DNA of 45,206 bases from Bigelowiella natans CCMP2755 (taxonomy: Eukaryota > Protista > Cercozoa): NCBI GenBank assembly GCA_000320545.1, contig ADNK01002197.1, positions 1 to 45,206 on the forward strand. Direction: 5' to 3'. The notes beneath the pieces were generated by a model. That model was not told where the DNA came from and did no database searches. It saw nothing but the letters and a program-made list of their open reading frames with translations. Numbering within the stretch: the stretch's first letter is position 1; each line of letters opens with the position of its first letter. The translations under genes and the position numbers were made by a program. Below are positions 35,985 to 45,206 of the stretch, piece by piece.

Positions 35985-38105
35985 TGTTACAACTTCTTCT
36001 GTTGAATTCTGTTAGCTCCCGAGAAGGTCCTCAGACCGGCTTCTTTTTAGGTAATTTCCCGGTCTTCGAAAAATACGTGTAGCAAGAATGCCCTGTGATT
36101 TCCCGATGCGACTATCACACAGTCGCCGCAGTTCGGAAAACGAACTCGAGGAAATTTCTGGATGCCGAGGACATTTCATGGATTTCCTTCCAACGTGCAT
36201 GTGTACCTTTTTTCTCATCTCTCAGTAATTAAAAGTGCAATTTTAACGTTGTCGCAGGGACAAAATGAAGGGATACCTTCGCTCAAAAAAGCCGGAGGAT
36301 CCAAAGAGAATTGCTCACATTTCAACTTCAAATCCGGAACCGGCCGTCTGAGCCCGGACAAGCCTTTCTGATGGCAGAGAAATGGACGGCCATGGACCCA
36401 GATGGCCTGCAGATGTGTACACTTTCGACAGAAATGCAAGAAACAGGAAGACGTGTGTATGATTCTGATTCTCGCTTGACTTTTTCTAGCACCTGCCTGC
36501 TGCTACTCACCGCTCCGAAATTCATGAATGAGCGTTTGAATGAAACAAAGCCTGCACGCTAGACTGAGAAAGATTAGGGGCTACACATGAGCGCACTGAG
36601 GACTGTGATGGAGCTATGTAACTTAACGCTGCCGTGAACAGTACTCTTCCGAACCCTACCAGCTTCTAGCCACGACTGCTAGGCTGCAGTCAGCATGCTG
36701 CGCCTTCCACTGCCCATGCAAACCTTGCGATCGAATCGTTGCGCCAGCCCACACAATAGACACGTTATGCTATGCATATGAGATGTACATATAACATAAC
36801 TTTGACTATATGTAAGATATATGTAACATGACTTCGTCTGTAATCCATCCACGTGTTGCAGTGGGATCACATGACCCCGACGCCCGCTACCGCCGCCCAA
36901 CCCTTCACCTCAAAGTACACCCGAAATCATCTACTACATGCTGTAGGCTTTTTTTGCTGCATGCAAATTAGTTGGTGCAAGTTCGGTTTTCCTCATGACC
37001 ACATGCGATGTGTTTCACTGACGCGTGCCGTGTGAAGCTAGCTACTTTTTAGCCACATGCAAAATGTGAAAGCTTCTTGTAGTCAGCCCACACAAGCGTC
37101 ATTGTTGCGAAAACATCCACACACACGCACACATGCTGGCATGGCCACATTATAATCCACAAAGGCTCCATTCGTGTACCCTGTCTAGGACACATGTTCA
37201 TCGAATAGTTCATGTGTGCTTTGGAACATGTGTGCTCTACAGTGCATGTGTGCGTTCATGAACATATGTGTATGTGTGTCAACTAGTGCGTGCATGCTCA
37301 CTACACGTGCACCATGCACCTGCGTGTCATTTGTGCACATTGCGGGTGTTGTCATGGAGCACATGTGTGCAACAAATGACAGAACACATGTGCTAATTTG
37401 GTACATGTGTGGATGCAAGAACATGTGCATATGAAAGGACACATGTTGCAAAGAACATGTGTGATGATTGCACATGTTCGTACAGAGCGCACGCACGAAT
37501 GTAGCCACAAAGGCTCTGCTGCACAAGCACACAAATGGGCATGTATTTGTGTGGCTGTGTGCGGCGTGTGAAACCTGTGTTCATGGCATTTCATAGCGGA
37601 ACTAGTGTCAGTGTGCACATGTAATGCTAACAGTAACGCCCCTGGCAAACAGCAGGCCAACAAAATGAAGCTCGCAGGCTATTCTGACTACACATGTGTG
37701 TGTCCATGTTTGCATGATCTGTGCTTTCCGACGCATTATTTGATGGATAATTGATCACTACATTGCGCGACACACAGGCACGAGTCTTACGCGTGGTGTT
37801 GGTCACGCCAACCTGCGAACAATTGAAGTGCATGGCAGCGTACAAGCTACAGGTATAACAAGGATTGTTTGTCATCCTCGAACACAAGTCTTGTGCAGTG
37901 GCTCCATTTTGATTTCTCGGCCGGAACTTAAATAAATAATCGCGCTAACTGTACAGTATTTTGTTGAATAAAACTGATCCTACTTCTGATAACTATTTCA
38001 TCTATGATATCGATCTACTGAAGCTGCACATGTCACCGCACGTTTAATGCGGAGCACAACAGGAACGTTTCGTTGCAAAATACCTTGAACTTTCGTTGGT
38101 CTTGT

Positions 38106-41100
38106 TCACTTCTTCTTGATGTAACACTTTTCCTTTTCGCTGTACCAAAAATTCGAGCCTTCCTTCCGAGCAAAATATAGAAATAACTTTTTGATCATAT
38201 TCCCAACATCGGTTGTAGATGTGTAGAGATGCTCATCCTCAAAGTCTTCGTATTCATCTTTTGCATTGTTTTGGACACCCTTTAACTCGCTGTATTCCTT
38301 ATGCTCTAGTCGTATCTGAACATCGTTACATTTCTCTCCACTCGCCCGTCCGAAGTATAGTTCTCGTACTGAATACTTTTCCTGTTCATAATCAGTTGCG
38401 GTGGTAGCAGTTTCACTAATACCGAAAAGAAGCATCTCCACGTGCTTGACTATGTAGAACTCACTTTTCTGTCTCCGAGACCACTGTGACTCCGCTTTCA
38501 GTTTTCGATAGTCATTTACCGTCGAAGAGCTTGTATGTTTTAAATACGAGTAGAAAGCGGGGTTCTCCCAAAGTGATTGAGGAATCTCTCTTTGTTTCTC
38601 TGGAGGTAAGTATTCATAAGCTCTCTTCACCCCCGTCGGACTCACACATTTCCGCCTTTTCCCGTCTGGATGCCGTCTAATACACGTGGAAGTGATCTCC
38701 ATCGAATGTAATGTTGAAGCCCCGTTCGAAATTATGCCTATTTCTTGGACTTGATCACATAGATCGTTTCGCGGCTCTTCATGCTGTTTTTTCCTAATTT
38801 TATGTGGGTGTGAGCAAGGAGGGTCACTGGTGAAGCTGTGGCGGCGCTTATTTCTCCTGTAAGGTAACGTGAATTTTCTTCTACTCAATTTATTCCGCTT
38901 TAACTCATTTCGCTTTGACTCATCTCTGGAAGCTCTACCAGGGCGAGGGGATCTTTCAAATGGGGAGTCTACACGTGGATGATTGCGTCTGTAGTGAATT
39001 CTTGATGAAACGCTGCCCGAAGTTGGATCACATACCGAATTTAAAATTTGCGTGTGCAGTTCTCCTTTTCTTTCTTTATCAGTATATACGATTTCATCAT
39101 AGCGTTCATCCTCTTGACTATATTCTTCTTCATCATCATCATCTTCTTCTTCTTCTTCTTCTTCTTCTTCTTCTTCTCCAGTAACTCTATCAACTTCGGT
39201 ATCTTTATTACAATTATCATCACTATCCTCGTCTTCGTATTCGGAGTCACATTCAGTTTCTTCATCGTTTTCTTCTTCATACCCAGCACCTGTAACATCG
39301 TCTTCTGGGAGCGACTTATTTTCTTCATCTTCTTCTTCACCTTGTTCCTCGGATATTTCTTGAGAATCCTCTTCAAAATCTTCATCTTCTTCGTGACAAT
39401 CCAGAGAATGGTTGTCGTCTCCACAATATCTGATGAACTTAATATTGAGTTTATCGTACCACTCACTCTGCAATAATTCTTTCTTAGATTTCTTCCACGG
39501 GCTCAGATTCCGCCTCTGGGCTACGGCCTCAACATACTTATCTTTTAGAAGGCGACTGTATGGAGCTCGATCATCGGAGAGGCAAACCAGCACCTCTCCG
39601 TTGGCTTTGTTAAGACTTTCCACCCTTCCCTTTAACCATTTGTAAACCTTACTCTCCGTAACTGATACATCGCAGAGAGCTTCAACTATATCTCCCTTGT
39701 TGAGGGCATTAATGTCGCATGTATTCTCAGGAGGGAAGGGGCTGACAAATTTAGTGGAGTATTGAAGTTCCTTTTTCCCAAACTTAATTTCTTCAATCTC
39801 CTCGTCTTCACAGAGAAGTTCCCCGCGATAAAGGACCTCGCCAAGATGCGTCTCTTTACACCTGCTTCGGACTAAACGATATGTCTGGCCAATATGCTTG
39901 AATCCCGAAGGACGGCACTTTCTGCGTGGACGTCCTGTACTCTCCGCATGGTTTTCGTCGCATGAGTCCTGGATTTCTACCAAAGAGGATTCAGCATTGA
40001 TATCGATATCAGGCTGCTCTGTTCCCTCGGGGAGCTTGCAGTACCAACAAATACGATCTCTGCGAATCTTACCAATATCGGCCTTTTTCCGTTCGGCTGG
40101 TCTGGATCCGCAATAGTAACACATAATCTTGGAGGATTTATGATCTTCGCAGCGATAGAATAGGTCTACGTCAAGCTCAGCCTCCTTATCGCAGTCCTGT
40201 GCCTCGCAGAGTCCCTTTCGGTGAGGATAGCATTTTCCGCATACTCGGTCCACCTTCTGTTCCACACTATCGAATATGTTAGATGTCCGATCTGAACGGT
40301 TGCAATATTTGCAGCGGGAGCAGTCTTTTCCGTCTCCCTCGCACTGCTTGCACACTGTGAACTTCTTGCCGTACTTTGCGTCGGTGCCTGCACACCGTTT
40401 GCATTTGTCGCACTTCACCAAGACCCTCGATAAATCTTGCTCGCAGGTGTAGGACGACTGAGTGTAGTTTTCATTTTCCTCCAGCTTTTGATCCTTGATG
40501 TACTGCTCGATAATCCATCCAGCCCTATTGCGAATATCTGAGGCAGTCGCTTTCTTCCTAGAGGGGCTTTTAAAGCTTGGCTGGAAGTCTTCACTTGGGT
40601 CATCATCATCAGCAGAAGTAGCGCCACTTGATGCCTCCTGCTGATGGCTCAATCGCGACGATGAAGCCTTTCGCCGATGCTGTTGATCAGCTGGCAATGT
40701 TGCAATGATGGTTGTGCGCTGCCGCTCCACTGAAGGTATGCTTGATCCCTGAATATGGTAGCCGTTGTTCGCACGCCATCCACGGCCAACCTTCTGCGAG
40801 AAATCTACCAATACAGGGATGGGAACGTTCCCATTCGCCCAATCTCCTTCCACAGCTAGACAATTGCCAAGAATGTGGACTGTGTTGATGGTTTCCTGAC
40901 TATAGTTAAAGCTGTCTACGCGGCACGTGAATTGTATTCCGACCACGATACCGTCCAGCAGGTTGTAGATGACGTCGAGATGACGGGGCCGAGGCTCGCA
41001 TTGCATATCATGGAGACTTTTTTCGATCAATTCAAAAATTTCTACTGTGTTCTTGCAAATAAGATCCCCATGATCCTTTGCTTTCCTGAATTTCTTCTCC

Positions 41101-42547
41101 ATCTCATTCAGGGCCTCCCTATAGCGATATGCTTTGCCCTCATTTTCATCCTCTTCAGAGAGCATCCTCATAGCCGTGTAGCGTGAATAAACCTTATTTC
41201 CAGCTTCCTCGGAGGCAGCTCTGAGGATTTTAGAATTATGCTTCCCTATCTTTTTTTTATATTTGTCTCTCATTTTATTGCTGTGTTCGCTATTGCTTTT
41301 GCCGCCGATTAGACTCTCAGTATGAAGAACACACAATGCCGGGATCCCAGATATGCGTGCGAAAGACAGAGGCCCCATTATCCTTTGCTCGATGATATAC
41401 TTCATTCTGTCTTTCCACTTCCTTTCATCATTCAATTGCTCTCTTTGGCCGAGGAAAGACATTATCGCGCCGCTGGATTTACTTGCATGGTACAGAAGGG
41501 CTGCATTCACCTGCACTGCCTGGAATTTCGGAGATCTAAACGATGTTTTCTCCACATCCTTTACGGTCATTCTGGTGAAATCGGTTATTTGGGAGTAGCT
41601 TGCTTTATCTGGTCCGTTCAGAACCTCACCGATGGTGACTCGAAAGTGGAACTGGGGATCGACAAGCTTGACTTTGACGTCTAATACTCTTTCTAAATCC
41701 TGCGGAGTCCCAGTGTAAAGACACAAGTGCGCATTTTTGAAGGCATTGCAGTATCTTTCCACTTTATTTCCTGCATAATTTGAATTTATCTGGTCAGATA
41801 GGAATTTCCAACTAATAGATTACACATATTTAGACTACTTTTGTCACCTTTATGAGCCTCATCGTGGAATACTGCCTTAAACACATCCTTTCTTGCCATT
41901 CGCTTCAGCATGTCAAATTGTTCTTTAGTGTTCATGGCTATCACAACAGTGGATTTATCGAGTTTTTCTGGGGTAGGTTTTGTGTGCTTACAGGATAGCA
42001 CGGAGATCCTATTCTGGCAAGCGGGATCGCTCTTAAATTCGCGGAGTAAATCTTCAATGCCAGAAAGTGCAGCAGTGAGGATGAGCACCTTTCCACCTTC
42101 GTTTAAGACTTGCATCGCTGTAGCAAATATTGCTAGAGTCTTTCCACACCCAGTAGGTAGCTCGCACAACAGAGGAAAGCTCTCTCCACTCTTTATTTGT
42201 CCACATCTGCCACGATTGCTATGGATGGCGTTAATCACGAAATTTTTGGCATTCCTTTGGGCTTCACGCAACTTCAATCTTCGACCCTCCTGAAGCAATT
42301 GGATTACACGTACGATTAGAAACTCCCCGCCTTTAGAAAACGCACAGTTTTTAAGCAAGATGATGTGCCATCTGAGAATATAGAAGTATATGCAAACCTG
42401 CTCATCCTGTCTCTTGACCCCATCATCCTCGTCTTCATCACTACTGACCGGATAATCTGATAACGGTGATCGTGATCGTGGTATCCACTCTCCTTTCTCC
42501 TCCTCAGTAATATGCTGCTTGAATAAATCATCAATTTTCTGCTTCAT
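38106..42547 (-). CDS. SF2 DExH helicase fused to CxxC Zn-finger cluster, Tudor/Agenet-like domain and acidic tract
   Basis: Q-motif-like LREAQ, Walker A ELPTGCGKT, Walker B HDEAH, motif III YTGTP, motif VI SQKVGRGWR. Many CxxC pairs (~40040-40415), NKGDIVEALCD...KWLKGRV (~39560-39700), D/E tract (~39100-39400). Probable introns 42397-42290 and 41847-41771; terminal exon ~3.66 kb. Confidence 0.8.
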
Positions 42548-43217
42548 AGCAATCAATGGGTGCTGATATGATGGGGTTGTGGGCGAGCTGCGGACTTCCA
42601 GTTCTGAGAAATTGTAAATGTGAGAACTTATCATGAAATTCATACTTCGACATTATCCCTTTTCGCAACGTGCGACAAGGTTTTTGTGCAATCCAACGGG
42701 AAAAATGGTGGCAAATTAAACATCTTCTATTATTGAGAAAGGGCAATACGATCTTCCATCAAGTTCGTTTCCTCGGATTTAACATATAAGGATGTCGCAG
42801 GTGTAAAATAGGGCCCCTCTTTGCCATCTGGAGGACCCTGATATTATCTCTCGGAAAGCATCTGATTGAGGAAGGTCAGTGGAGAACTACTCACACACCA
42901 TCGGACGAATGGGTTCTCTTCCTTCCGTCCCCTTTGTGAAATGAATAGTGTTTCGAGGGTAGATAAGTAGTGCGACAGATATCACCAGCAGCTCCTCTCG
43001 CTTTCATGGATCAGCCGCCATGACAGGGGCTCACTCACTGAAAAACTCGAAGAAGATTGCGATACCAGCCTCTTTTATTACCTTCCATGCGCTCGCCCTC
43101 AATTTCCAATGTATAATCTAATATACGGGGATATGACTCTTAAATCGATGTCAGGAAATTGAAAAGGATTCGTAGCATTCATCAAGCCAACAGCCGTCGG
43201 AACAGCACCTGGTCAAG

Positions 43218-43781
43218 ATGGGACAAAAGACGTCCGCGGCGACTGCGAAGAGAACCGAGACCGGTAGTCCAGACAATAACCAAAAAAACGATGTTATCGC
43301 GATTAATAATGGTGAAACGTTGATCCTGCTGGTGATTATTATGAGAGCCAAAGGAATGATAATAGATGACTGGAATATCCCTCATTGTATTGCCAGTTCG
43401 AATCCTCCACATAAGTGACACTCACAACCTGATCACTGAGCAGCTGGTGAAGGCCCTGCCCGACGCTGATATTCTCATACACACAGGCAATGATGCAAAC
43501 CATGAAAATACTGCATACTTTTACAGCAACCGTCATCTCACCCCTCGCAAAAAAGACACCTAAATCAGAAATTCCCCCCACCCTCTCTCCCATCTCACGA
43601 TAATAGGGGATTTCACTGACCAAGGCACGACTAAAGAGTTTCAGGACTTTAACAAAGTAGGAGACACAAAGACACACAAACGAGGCTGCATCTAAACACC
43701 CATTTATCTGTCGCCGTAGCCAAAAGATGACTCCTTCATTCGTTTCAAACATCAAAATGATGCTGTGCGCAGTACAACGAC

Positions 43782-43826
<45 letters not shown>

Positions 43827-45138
43827 ACTCACAATTTAGTTTTTGGAGATGATGAGCGATAAGTACAAGTACCGTGTTGTGATTCCAGGGAATCACGACA
43901 CATATCAGGTGTGTTGCAAAATACTACACACAATCCACTACTCGCCTACTCCTTTCCTTGCATATTGAGGCGAGGGAGGGAGGGCGCAGACATAAGCATC
44001 TTTCGCTTGCTGCATGATGACCATGATATTTGCCGCGTAAAGGTGGATCTCCAATATGACAAGATTAAGTCTTGGTGCGTCGTTAGCATTTCTCTTCACT
44101 CTGTTCGCTCACGCGGGGCTGGGGGGTGGGATGGGGCGGATGAATATGTGTACGGCTGATTTTAGCATGCTTGGATGGTGATGATAATGATGATGATGAA
44201 GATGAAAACTGAATGGTTGGGTGATGGATAACCACTATAGTACACCATGGACATTTCGGTTGAAGAAGAAAGAAACAGAGGGAAGAGGAGGGGGGAGAGA
44301 CATGTGTAAAGCCGTATCAGAGAGCAAATATCACCAAACTTTTTTATCTCATATATATATATTTTTTCATCTCAACGTTCGCCTGGTATGTGAATGTCGC
44401 AGTTTGACCGGAGCAACACACTTTCCACTGCATGAGACGGTTAGCAATCTCTGCTGCTCCCCACTCACCCTTTGTCTTCCTTTTCTTTCATTTCCGATGC
44501 TCTTAACATTCTCCAGGAAAACAAACAAAACGCATATATTGCCTGTATGTTCTTGTATGATTTCCCCCTTCTGCTCTCCTGTCTTTCTCTCGCTCTTTTT
44601 CCTTCATCCCAGGTAACTATCATGGGGCTTAGCATATATGGCGTTCCCTGGTGGCCTGGTCACAGCTGGAACTATAAGTATGGCAAGAATGAGTTGACGA
44701 GAAAAATACGCCAGCATATACACGGCGACGATACTGAAGATTATAGATAATAACTTTTCTGTCATCAATCGCACTATCACCCTTCCTAGGTTGTTTAAAG
44801 GCTGGCCGAATGTAAAAGATCCAGCAGGTAATATTTTAAGATTGTGAAAGGAGAAATATAATATATATCATATGTCACAACACACGTGCTTATCTTATCG
44901 TCAACGGCCGGTCCGAACCCTCCTCTACCCCCTTCCAAAACTGGTAGGTTTTGGAAATATACCTGATCAGATCGATGTTTTGCTAACGCATGGCCCTCCA
45001 AATGGTGAGAAGCATTGACGTGTATTTGGTGCGTCTGGATGATAATAGAGGAGGGAAGATACCCTCTCCCCAGATAGAACCCCTATCTTTGTCGCTTCCT
45101 CGTTTGCCTCCTCCACCTACTCCCCAATCATTCTCTCT

Positions 45139-45185
<47 letters not shown>

Positions 45186-45206
45186 CTTGTTCGCAGATGT
45201 AGTCGA
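43218..45206 (+). CDS. MPPED/239FB-like calcineurin-like metallophosphoesterase, 3' end beyond window
   Basis: Spliced motifs ILHISDTH, DILIHTGDFT, RVVIPGNHD, IYGVPW, IPDQIDVLLTHGPP. Confidence 0.9.

Noticed and set aside
36088-36562. Small plus-strand gene divergent from FLU with intron-like segments
   Set aside because: All frames stop early and there is no recognisable motif. It could be a short or non-coding transcript but is unsupported.
39048-39476. Very hydrophobic Phe/Ile-rich ORF resembling a membrane protein
   Set aside because: It is the antisense mirror of the GAA/GAT acidic tract of the helicase gene.
43396-43405. GTTCGAATCC tRNA T-loop / B-box-like word
   Set aside because: It lies at the start of a coding exon (VRIL) and has no cloverleaf.

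Overview
Gene-dense, intron-rich eukaryotic nuclear DNA. Bipartite signal-plus-transit presequences and a green-lineage FLU homologue suggest an alga with a secondary green plastid, most plausibly a chlorarachniophyte (inference). Most supplied ORFs are exon fragments, antisense shadows or microsatellite artefacts, so I spliced genes by hand; exon boundaries are provisional. In order: Sfi1-like W-repeat coiled-coil protein (+), a small novel protein with a triple HCFGPSC repeat (-), YigB-like HAD phosphatase (-), PSI-domain class 3 lipase (+), truncated alpha/beta-hydrolase fragment (+), plastid-targeted SAM methyltransferase (-), Pro-rich WH2 protein (+), duplicated ankyrin-module protein (-), large type II membrane protein with a bacterial-like ectodomain (+), J-domain protein (-), Rho-like pseudoGTPase (+), FLU (-), SF2 helicase-Zn finger-Tudor protein (-) and an MPPED-like metallophosphoesterase (+, runs off the window). 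The most novel candidates are the 171-aa triple C-x4-C repeat precursor, a ~950-bp TpA-depleted island within a family of palindrome-rich tracts found downstream of gene 3' ends, and the helicase-reader fusion. No rRNA, tRNA, CRISPR array or intact transposase was seen.
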